From contig OZ223209.1 of assembly GCA_965140415.1 (NCBI GenBank), positions 512,001 through 576,000 of the forward strand: 64,000 bases of DNA, written 5' to 3'. Below are positions 42,181-50,505 of this stretch, in pieces; positions within the stretch are counted from its first letter, which is position 1, and each line of letters starts with the position of its first letter. The notes beneath the pieces were generated by a model. It worked only from the letters and a program-made list of their open reading frames with translations. It had not been told where the DNA came from and did not search any database. The stretch is from Myxococcota bacterium (GTDB taxonomy: Bacteria > Myxococcota_A > SURF-8). Made by a program: the position numbers and the translations under genes.

Positions 42181-42211
42181 AAAAAGAAACGGCCAGGACG
42201 AATCCTGGCCG
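42181..42211 (-). terminator. intrinsic terminator immediately upstream of the first cluster gene
   Basis: Minus strand CGGCCAGGA-TTCG-TCCTGGCCG-TTTCTTTTT, then GAGGTGCTCATG. Confidence 0.8.
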
Positions 42212-42387
42212 GGATTGGATACAGCTTGGCTTGGCTCTAATAGAACCACATTCTTCCGCCGAAAGAAAGACTCGTTTGGCAGTCTAGCGTTCTACGCGGG
42301 AGCGTCAGGCAGCGCGAAGCAGCATGAGAGTGCATTATCACGTAGGTGCAATCCAGTGGACCTTATTGTTGGAGCATGGCTCCAGCC

Positions 42388-43693
42388 CACAGCTGTCCCG
42401 CTAACTTCCAGGTTCAGCGCTACAACTACTTATTATTACAGATTGAATTTGTGATTATCAGGTGTCCGCGATAGTTTTTCTGCATTTCGAATAGTCAAGA
42501 AATGCAGGAGATCAAAATGACACAGACTGTCTTTTCGCAAGTGCTCGACTATTTGCCGGATCGCCATTTCCGCCGTTGTGTCAATCGCTATCAGGGGAAC
42601 AAGCGCATTCGTACCTTTTCCTGTATGGATCAATTCATTTGCATGGCATTTGCCCAGCTGGCCTACCGCGAAAGCCTGCGCGATATTGAAGCGACCTTGC
42701 GGGCTATTCAGCTGAAACTTTATCACATGGGTCTGCGTGGAAAAGTCTCTCGCAACACACTGGCCAGAGCGAATGAAAAACGCGACTGGCGCATTTACGC
42801 AGATCTCGCTCAGCCCCTGATACGGCGCGCCCGCGCGCTGTATGCGGACGAGAAGCTCGCCGTCGACCTAGACGCCACCACCTACGCGCTCGACACGACA
42901 GCGATTGATTTGAGTTTGTCGCTTTTTCCATGGGCCAAATTCACGCGATACAATGGATCATTGCGTCTTCACACGCAAATGGACCTTCGCGGACGGATTC
43001 CCGCCTTTATTTCCATTACGGACGGCAAGAGCCATGACAAGCGTTTACTGGATATTCTGCCTTTGGAAGCGGGCGCATTTTATATCATGGATCGCGGTTA
43101 TGTCGATTACGGACGCATGCATCGCATCCATCGGGCGGGAGCCTTCTTCATTCTTAGAGCCAGCAAGAACACCAGCACAAAGCGAATCTATTCACACCCC
43201 ATCGACAAGAGCTTGGGATTGCGCGCCGATCAGACCGTGAGCTTCGTGGACCGTGCTTCCATTCGACGCTATCCGGATCATGTGCGGCGAATCAACTACA
43301 TCGATCCAGAATCGAACACCCGATTTGTCTGGCTGACCAACAACTTTGATCTTTCTTCGGAAACGATTCCGGACTTGTACCGGCTGCGGTGGAGTATCGA
43401 AGTGTTTTTCAAATGGATCAAACAGAATCTGCGAATCAAGGCGTTTTACGGTCGCAGCGCCAATGCGGTAAAGACACAAGTGTGGATTTCGATTACGGTT
43501 TATCTGTTGGTTGCGATTCTGAAAAAGGATCTGAATCTCGAGCACAGTTTGATGACGATTCTACAGATTTTAAGCGTCACGCTTTTCGAGGAAAGCCCCA
43601 TTTTACAGGTGCTAAAGGCAAACGCCTCCCTGCCTACCAATATCCCTTTTGGTAAGCAGTTGGAATTATTCAATAGTTAACGGGACAGCTGTG
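42388..43693 (+). mobile_element. complete IS4-family insertion sequence (1306 bp) with 19-bp TIRs and 10-bp target duplication
   Basis: TIR CACAGCTGTCCCG(C/T)TAACT, 18/19 match; direct repeat GGCTCCAGCC at 42378-42387 and 43694-43703. Confidence 0.95.
42517..43680 (+). CDS. IS4 family DDE transposase (DUF4372-type N-terminus)
   Basis: ALDTT, MDRGY, YRLRWSIEVFFKWIKQNLRIK (YREK signature). Confidence 0.95.
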   Translation: MTQTVFSQVLDYLPDRHFRRCVNRYQGNKRIRTFSCMDQFICMAFAQLAYRESLRDIEATLRAIQLKLYHMGLRGKVSRNTLARANEKRDWRIYADLAQPLIRRARALYADEKLAVDLDATTYALDTTAIDLSLSLFPWAKFTRYNGSLRLHTQMDLRGRIPAFISITDGKSHDKRLLDILPLEAGAFYIMDRGYVDYGRMHRIHRAGAFFILRASKNTSTKRIYSHPIDKSLGLRADQTVSFVDRASIRRYPDHVRRINYIDPESNTRFVWLTNNFDLSSETIPDLYRLRWSIEVFFKWIKQNLRIKAFYGRSANAVKTQVWISITVYLLVAILKKDLNLEHSLMTILQILSVTLFEESPILQVLKANASLPTNIPFGKQLELFNS

Positions 43694-43794
43694 GGCTCCA
43701 GCCATGCTCCTCATGTTCATGCCGGATTCGTTATCAAAACAAACCGTTTTTTAACCGACTATCACCTTTTTCTTTTCTTCCGTCCTGGATAGGT

Positions 43795-43853
43795 GTCGGG
43801 TCAGGAGACCCGACCAAAACCTATGGAGCAGGGCAGGAGCCCATGCTCCAACT
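43795..43853. repeat. REP-like palindrome doublet
   Basis: GTCGGGTC-AGGA-GACCCGAC plus TGGAGCAGGGC-AGGA-GCCCATGCTCCA; related copy at 57754-57819. Confidence 0.7.
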
Positions 43854-44099
43854 AGGGAATATGTAATCCAGTCACGTAGCTTGGCAACGGTGTGGCCGAC
43901 AATTCATGATTTGCTTTGGGCGCACGTCTGCTTGGGTGAAATAAAAACAGATTCTTCTGCAAAAAGAAAGTAGCGAATCGGACTGCCTCGCCGCATGAGA
44001 GAGCGCCACGCAGCATGAAGGTGCAAGTCGCTTCGGAAAATCGCTGCGAACAGAATGTTACAGGCAGGTGTTGCGCTCTTTCACTACCACCGAGGATGA

Positions 44100-44954
44100 T
44101 TATTCCCCGTTGTCTTCATCCGTTTCCGGTTCGGCAGGTTGCTGGCCGTCGGCGATGGCTTGCAGTTGTTTGGCGCGTTGATAAGCCGCCGTGAAAGCGC
44201 GATGGAACACTTCTGGCGTTTCACTTGCTTTAAAAGAATTCAATGCTGCGGCGGTGGTGCCGCCTTTACTGGTGACGGAACGGCGCAGCTTCTGCGGTTC
44301 TTCGCCGGTTTCATGCCACAGATTCATCGCACCGCGAAAGGTCTGCTGCACCATGCGATGCGCCGCGCCGGAGGAAAAGCCCAGCATCACGGCGGACTTC
44401 ATCAGGTTTTCGGCGAAGTAGAAAATATAGGCTGGACCGGAACCGCTGATGGCGGTGGCGGCATCGATCAGGTCTTCTTCGTGCACTTGAATTTCGGTGC
44501 CGAAAGCCTGGAAAATCATTTTCACGATCATCTGGCTTTGATCCGAAACCTTCTCGCTGGCCATCCAGGCAGTCATGCCCTCGCCGATACGCGCGGGAAT
44601 GTTGGGCATCGCCCGCACCAGCAGATCGTGACCGGTGGCTTTGCCGATGGTCGTCAGGCCGACACCCGCCATAATCGACACCAGCACCTGGTCTTTTCGG
44701 AAATGACCTTTTAAAGTCGCCATCGCCGCAGGGGAATTCTGGGGTTTGACGCATAACAGCACGACATCAGCAAACTCCAGCAGCTTCTGGTTATCCATGG
44801 TGGTCTGGACTTCGTAGTCGCTCTCCATGGCGGTCAGGCGCGAAATGTCCAGATCGCTGATCATGATCTGATTGCGGGCGACAATCCGCTTTTTCAATAA
44901 CGACGACGTAATCACCTCGCCCATCGTACCTGCACCGATAATGCCGATCTTCAT
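44100..44954 (-). CDS. proC: pyrroline-5-carboxylate reductase
   Basis: IGIIGAGTMG, LCVKPQ, RAMPN, TAISGSGPAY, VTSKGGTT. Confidence 0.96.
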   Translation of the reverse strand: MKIGIIGAGTMGEVITSSLLKKRIVARNQIMISDLDISRLTAMESDYEVQTTMDNQKLLEFADVVLLCVKPQNSPAAMATLKGHFRKDQVLVSIMAGVGLTTIGKATGHDLLVRAMPNIPARIGEGMTAWMASEKVSDQSQMIVKMIFQAFGTEIQVHEEDLIDAATAISGSGPAYIFYFAENLMKSAVMLGFSSGAAHRMVQQTFRGAMNLWHETGEEPQKLRRSVTSKGGTTAAALNSFKASETPEVFHRAFTAAYQRAKQLQAIADGQQPAEPETDEDNGE

Positions 44955-44989
44955 CTCTTCCCCTCTGTTCTTTCAAGAAAACACGTTGT

Positions 44990-45529
44990 TTATCGTAAAC
45001 GGGCTAGCAACTCTTCGGCCAGTTCCCGTAAATCGTCGTCATCTGCCATCATGGAAATGGAGTCCAGTTTTAAAATAAACTGCTGTTTGTGAGCCAGCGG
45101 TTGCTCGCGTTGGATGCGGTCGATCTGGCGCACGGCCAGTAACTGTACGTTTTCGTTCGGATGATCCAACACGCGCGCCAGCAGGTCGATATCATCCGGG
45201 AATTCGTCGTAACCAGCCAGGTATTCGTCTACGGACTTAGTCAGTTCGCTGGCACTGGTAGCGCGATGGATAGCTCCCAGCAGTTTCAGTTGGCCGGGGT
45301 CCGCATTGCTTTCGGCTTCCGGCATCATGTTTTTCAAATAGTCCGGAACGTCGCCGCCGGTAAACAACTTGTCCAGATCGCTTTTATAGTTCTGATACGC
45401 CGTGCTGTGCTGGCGTTTTTTTTCTCTTGGGGAATTGTCCTCGCGCGAGCGGTGCTGGCTGGAATCGCGACCGCGATCGATCTCGCGCCAGCTTTTCTTT
45501 TTGCGGTTGTCTTTGTCCCGATACGCCAT
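44990..45529 (-). CDS. hypothetical protein (basic N-terminus, helical C-terminus)
   Basis: In an operon between acyP and proC; GGAG RBS. Confidence 0.7.
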   Translation of the reverse strand: MAYRDKDNRKKKSWREIDRGRDSSQHRSREDNSPREKKRQHSTAYQNYKSDLDKLFTGGDVPDYLKNMMPEAESNADPGQLKLLGAIHRATSASELTKSVDEYLAGYDEFPDDIDLLARVLDHPNENVQLLAVRQIDRIQREQPLAHKQQFILKLDSISMMADDDDLRELAEELLARLR

Positions 45530-45553
45530 TGTCTGCTCCTGCCGAAATTCACT

Positions 45554-45829
45554 TCAATATCGAATGCGAAACCCGCCGTACTCGCCGGTCGCAATCTGTT
45601 CCTGCTGTTCGATGTGGGTGACGCGCCCAGCCGGAGGCCCTTTGTAACACCATGACACGAAACGCTGTAGCGCAGCGTCTTCGCCTTCGGCCACTGCTTC
45701 CACTCGACCGTCGGCCAGGTTGCGCACCCAACCGCCGATGCCGCCGATGTCGTGGGCGGCCTGCTGCGCGTAAGCGCGATAGCAAACCCCCTGTACGCGA
45801 CCGGAAATCAATAAATGTAGCCGTTTCAT
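45554..45829 (-). CDS. acyP: acylphosphatase
   Basis: ISGRVQGVCYR, GWVRNLADGRVE, GPPAGRV. Confidence 0.93.
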   Translation of the reverse strand: MKRLHLLISGRVQGVCYRAYAQQAAHDIGGIGGWVRNLADGRVEAVAEGEDAALQRFVSWCYKGPPAGRVTHIEQQEQIATGEYGGFRIRY

Positions 45830-45842
45830 GACCAGGCCCCGT

Positions 45843-46496
45843 TTACAGATCCAGATGCCCTGGAAGTTCATTCATCGCTTCCAGTATAACGTCCGGCTGC
45901 TGAAGAGCAAGCGCTTGTTTCTCGCCGATGCCAAACGTCACCGCCGCCGTGCGTACCCCGGCGTTATGACCGGCTTTGATATCCGAAATCGTATCGCCCA
46001 CCATCCAGGCCTGCTCGGCTGCAACCTTGAAATGTTGCAGTACGTGGTTAATGATAAAGGGGTCGGGCTTGGGTGGAAAATCGTCGGTGCCTTGAACAAG
46101 ACCGAACAGCGGAGCAATGTCCATCAGTTCCACCACGCGCTTGGCCATGTAGCTGCGCTTGGTCGTGGCGATCGCTAGCGGCACTTTCCCGGCCAGTTGT
46201 TGCAGGGTTTGTTTCACGCCATCGTATAAGCGGCTTTCGTCGGCACAGTGCTCGAAAAAGAAACTGCGATAGGCATCGCAGGCCGCCTCGGCGCGTTCGT
46301 CGTCGCCATCGCCGATCAGATCGAAAAAGATATCGAACAGAGGTCGCCCGATGTGACGCTCGGTTTCGCCGTTGCTCAGCGCGCAAACGCCCACCGAAAC
46401 GAGGCCGTGGTTGATGGCGCGCGCGATATCCCGCCGCGAATCAACCAGGGTGCCGTCCAGATCGAAGATAACCAGTTCAGTCTTTGCAGGTGCCAT
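45843..46496 (-). CDS. HAD-superfamily phosphatase (phosphoglycolate phosphatase-like)
   Basis: VIFDLDGTLVDS, ATTK, KPDP, MVGDTISDI; start at 46496. Confidence 0.9.
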   Translation of the reverse strand: MAPAKTELVIFDLDGTLVDSRRDIARAINHGLVSVGVCALSNGETERHIGRPLFDIFFDLIGDGDDERAEAACDAYRSFFFEHCADESRLYDGVKQTLQQLAGKVPLAIATTKRSYMAKRVVELMDIAPLFGLVQGTDDFPPKPDPFIINHVLQHFKVAAEQAWMVGDTISDIKAGHNAGVRTAAVTFGIGEKQALALQQPDVILEAMNELPGHLDL

Positions 46497-48456
46497 CGAT
46501 GTCGCATTCCGTGCAGCAGATGCCGCCGCTTCCCGGGAAGGCTTCGCAACAGATCGTGCCTTCGCAGCAGGGCGCGCCTTGCGGGTCCGCCGCAGCGCCG
46601 CAGGCGGCTTGTTCTTGCACGCAGGGAATGTCGCGACAGATGCCCTCTTCGCAGATGCGCCCCTCCGGGCAGGTGCCGGTGGGGTCCAGGGCGGAGCAGG
46701 TATAACAGATATTGGAGCATTGGTAGTCGGTGAGTTCCGAACAGCATTGCCAGCTCTCGCAGGGCGGGCATTCCGGTTCGTAGCAATAGCCGGTGTCCTG
46801 ATCGCAGATCCAGCGCTCATCGACGCAGCCTTCCGTGCGACAGTCCGGCGGTTCCACGCACACGCCGTTTTCGCAGGTGGCCGGCAGCGTGCAGGGAGGA
46901 TCGCAGGTGGTTGGTACACAGGAGCCGTCTACGCAGGTATTGCCGGATGTACAGGCCGGGATGCATAATTCCTCGCAGCGATGCGTGCTGGAATTGCAGT
47001 ATTCGTTTTCACCGCTGCAACTGGTGATTTCGCAGCCTTGATGACATTGGCCGTCCTGGCAGTAATGCCGCGAGGGGCAGTGGTCGTTGATCAGGCAGGT
47101 CACGCAGGTTCCGGCGTAGCAGATCTGACCGTCCGAACAGGGATTGCTGACGTCGTCGCAGCCTTGTGGCTGACAGATGCCCAGTCCCCAACTTTCGCTG
47201 TAAACACATGCCAGGCCTTCGCCGCAGGTGCTGCTTATCGCTTCCGGGTTGCAAACTTCCTGACAGGTGAAGCCGTAGCAGATCAGATCGGCACGACAGG
47301 GAGTCGCCTCGCCGCAGTAATCCTGGTTTTCCTGTCCATCCAATTCGGGCAGGCAGACCGAACCGCGTCCGCTGGCGGCATCGGTTAAAATAGCGCAGAC
47401 CGTGTCCGCAGTGCAATCCGCCTCGTAAGGATCGCAGAGCGTGCGACAATAGGAGGCGTGGCAGATATCGGTACTCAAGCATTGATCGTCGTATCCGCAG
47501 GGTTGACCGGTCGGAACGGCATAGCGGCATTCGTGAGTGCCGAAATCGCAGAGTTTGGTGCCGTCGCAGTCGGCATCTTTGAAGCAACCATCCGGAACGC
47601 AATAGTGTTCCACCAGCCCGCATCGACGCTCCGCGCTGCACTGCGCGTCCGTGCTACAGGTATCGCCGCGTTCGCAAAGCTGGTAGGCGTTGCAGAGTTT
47701 CTTGTCTTCACAATCCCAGTCGTTTTCGCACTCCGGTATGATTTCCACGCAAACGCCCTCTTCGCACAAATAACCGGCATCGCATTCTTCATGTTCGGTG
47801 CAGGGCGGCATGCAGCGGTTGCTGGAACGTTTGCACCACCAGTCTTCCCGGCAGTCTTCGTCGTTGCGGCAGTTGAATTCCTGGCAACTCGGCACTTCCT
47901 GACTGGATGTAATACATTCCTTATCGGGCGGGCAATCCTCATCTTTGCTGCAATAGTCACAGACATTGTCGATACAGACCTGGGGATCCGAGCAGTCATC
48001 GTCCGTATTGCAGCCGCCTTCGGGAGGCGGTTCCGTTTCGCAGAGATAGGTTTCGGTATCGCACAGTTCGCCTTCTTCGCAATCGCTGTCTTCACGGCAT
48101 TCCGGCGTTTCGCAGTTGCCATCGATAAGCACTTGATCTTCCCCGCATTCGGGAAGGGGATTGGTCGTTTGGGTGCAGGTAAGATTGCTGCTGCACACAT
48201 ATCCTTCTCCGCAATCGGCGTCGGTCGTGCAACGCAAAACGGCAGATACGCATTCTCCCAACAACAAATCGCAGAACGTTCCGCCCGGGCAATCCAGGTC
48301 TTTGCTACAGGTGGTCGTCTGGTCGTTGTCCAGATCGCCATCATTGCCCGGATTCGCCTCGTCCGAGCTGGAGGAACATCCGTGCATGGAGAGCAGCAGG
48401 ATCAACCACAAGGCAATAATGCCAAGTTTAACTGTAAGATATCGTTTCCGTTTCAT
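46477..48456 (-). CDS. Cys-rich repeat lipoprotein (CxxDxDC modules)
   Basis: Lipobox SMHGC; many C..D.DC..G..C repeats. Confidence 0.8.
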   Translation of the reverse strand: MKRKRYLTVKLGIIALWLILLLSMHGCSSSSDEANPGNDGDLDNDQTTTCSKDLDCPGGTFCDLLLGECVSAVLRCTTDADCGEGYVCSSNLTCTQTTNPLPECGEDQVLIDGNCETPECREDSDCEEGELCDTETYLCETEPPPEGGCNTDDDCSDPQVCIDNVCDYCSKDEDCPPDKECITSSQEVPSCQEFNCRNDEDCREDWWCKRSSNRCMPPCTEHEECDAGYLCEEGVCVEIIPECENDWDCEDKKLCNAYQLCERGDTCSTDAQCSAERRCGLVEHYCVPDGCFKDADCDGTKLCDFGTHECRYAVPTGQPCGYDDQCLSTDICHASYCRTLCDPYEADCTADTVCAILTDAASGRGSVCLPELDGQENQDYCGEATPCRADLICYGFTCQEVCNPEAISSTCGEGLACVYSESWGLGICQPQGCDDVSNPCSDGQICYAGTCVTCLINDHCPSRHYCQDGQCHQGCEITSCSGENEYCNSSTHRCEELCIPACTSGNTCVDGSCVPTTCDPPCTLPATCENGVCVEPPDCRTEGCVDERWICDQDTGYCYEPECPPCESWQCCSELTDYQCSNICYTCSALDPTGTCPEGRICEEGICRDIPCVQEQAACGAAADPQGAPCCEGTICCEAFPGSGGICCTECDIDGTCKD

Positions 48457-48823
48457 GTACCCACTATCGCCTTTTCCGCAATCATCAATAAAAGGTCTCC
48501 CTGCTGGACCTCAAATCATCTTCCAATCTTACATTTTATATGGAGAACTGTCAATCACAACTGCCTGTGTAGGTTTCCAAAATGCTGGAAATTCTATGTG
48601 ATTTTAGCTAGGTATCGCCGTGCTTACTGAATATTTATGCGTTTGAAACTTACCTGAAGTTCCTTTGCCGACGCAGGCATGGATACCCATGATAGCGGTT
48701 GGTATGTGGTCAAACCTAGCGCAATGAAGTTTTTCTGTGTATGCAAGTTGGGTAATCAATTGTTTCGGATGAAGATTTAATCCGAAACTGGAACTATATG
48801 CTCATTGGGAAAAGCGGTTATCA

Positions 48824-50305
48824 TTATGGTATCGGTGTGTCGGCGTAGGGCAACGTGTCTGGGAGGATACTTACCCCGGTTGAGAACTTATATGGCAATT
48901 GCAACTCGGGATTGGGGAACTCCATCTCGATAACAAAAGCTGTCCATCCTTCTGGCGGTGCTTGTATATTGCTTCGATAAACTCCGTTTCCTTCACTTTC
49001 CAATGGGCTACTCTCGAAGGCTGAGCCGATTTCCTCCAAGCGGAAATCTCTCGCGTTTGGGTTAGTCGCTTGCCAAAGCGTAACCTTGCTCGGTTCACTC
49101 TCGCATTCGAGAACCAGATTGCCGTCGGACTCGATATGCCAGCTATATTCAGGTAGAGGTGTGTCATAGAGAATGGCATGATGAAACGATGCTAAGCCGA
49201 AGTAGGCATCCATATTCAAATTATGATCCGTGTTCGGGATATATCGTAGAAAATTTTCTCCAGGCAGGTCATTGTAATAGAATTTCCATGAATCCGGAGG
49301 GAAAAATTGATCCCCGGTTGAGTTAACGATGTATTTGGGCATGGTGTAGCGTTCCAAATAGCTGTAAGGATCAACAATCTCACACAGTGATTCAAATTCG
49401 GGCGTATCCAATTGCGAAAGTACACCCATATCCTCGTAATCGTGGGTGGCTGGTGCCCAGAACCCGTAAGATGAATAGTGATTATGCAAGGTTAAGCCCA
49501 CATTCAGCACGTCGATAACAGCCGGAACAATTGCGATTACACGTGTATCGACGGCAGCGGTTGTCCACGTCGTCCAACCGCGCTTAGACGCTCCCACGAT
49601 AACGAATTCCTCGATGTTTGGATATTCCCGCTGAACGATATCCATTGCCTTAACGGCTGCTTTGGTCATGGGAAGTCTGGGAAGCCAGGTCGGATCGGAC
49701 GTTGTTAAATACTTATCCCAGGCATAGGCGATAAGCTCATCTTCCGTACGTCCCTCTTCAATATATCTTTCATCGGATTCATCGGCGAATTTTAAGCGTT
49801 CGTTGGGAACCTGTCCTACCGACGCGATAATCGAATCGGTCATCGTTGCAACTAGCTTGATGGTATCATCCGGATCGGGGGCATCCCCATCACGATTGCT
49901 TCCACCATCGATAAGTAGCATAGCTCGCGTGGAATGCGCGTTCTTCGGCTCGAAAATCGTAAGCCAATGTTCCCATACGGTTCGATCAACCTCGCTTGCA
50001 TCGAGCCAGCTCTGGGAAAACATTTTAAATACGCTTGCTGTACCATCTCCGGATTCAACTAGTTTTTCCGGTTCCAATGAACAGGAAAAGCAATCGGTTG
50101 GGCTGGCAATATAGTCATCTAACGCAGTATGATAAGCTTGCTCCTCTGAATCAGAGTCTTGCTCATTTTCTGCAATTTCATTTTCTTCATCTCCATCCGT
50201 ATTTCCATTTGATGAATCGTCGGTGGATGAACAGGCTGGAATGCAAAAAACAAAAAAGACAATGATAATCAGCAAATAGGCCAAATGGTAGCGTATGCGT
50301 TTCAT
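48824..50305 (-). CDS. PqaA-family alpha/beta hydrolase lipoprotein
   Basis: TALDDY, WEHWLTI, RTEDELIAY, RLPMTKA, GASKRGWTTW, GDQFFPPD. Confidence 0.85.
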   Translation of the reverse strand: MKRIRYHLAYLLIIIVFFVFCIPACSSTDDSSNGNTDGDEENEIAENEQDSDSEEQAYHTALDDYIASPTDCFSCSLEPEKLVESGDGTASVFKMFSQSWLDASEVDRTVWEHWLTIFEPKNAHSTRAMLLIDGGSNRDGDAPDPDDTIKLVATMTDSIIASVGQVPNERLKFADESDERYIEEGRTEDELIAYAWDKYLTTSDPTWLPRLPMTKAAVKAMDIVQREYPNIEEFVIVGASKRGWTTWTTAAVDTRVIAIVPAVIDVLNVGLTLHNHYSSYGFWAPATHDYEDMGVLSQLDTPEFESLCEIVDPYSYLERYTMPKYIVNSTGDQFFPPDSWKFYYNDLPGENFLRYIPNTDHNLNMDAYFGLASFHHAILYDTPLPEYSWHIESDGNLVLECESEPSKVTLWQATNPNARDFRLEEIGSAFESSPLESEGNGVYRSNIQAPPEGWTAFVIEMEFPNPELQLPYKFSTGVSILPDTLPYADTPIP

Positions 50306-50455
50306 TACTCTCCCCTAAGAGTTGGAAAAATAAAGATTTGTTGACATTCTGCATTTTTAGAAAAGCATTTTTACTTCTATCATTCTTTCCTTATCAAATC
50401 AATTTAATATTCATTCAAAAGAACATTCACACCAAACAAACTGCCATAAAAAGCA

Positions 50456-50479
50456 ACTCCCCGCCTGAAGGCGGGGAGT
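50456..50479 (-). terminator. intrinsic terminator
   Basis: ACTCCCCGCC-tgaa-GGCGGGGAGT with TGCTTTTT following on the minus strand. Confidence 0.75.
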
Positions 50480-50505
50480 GTAATGAATTCAATAAGTTGT
50501 CGATG

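Noticed and set aside
23313-44099. attL/attR sites or a tRNA target flanking the phage-like cluster
   Set aside because: No matching direct repeat seen by eye at the two ends and no tRNA or integrase; a very short core cannot be excluded.
45843-46919. 358-aa extended HAD ORF
   Set aside because: The N-terminal extension overlaps the Cys-rich gene in another frame; the real start is likely 46496.
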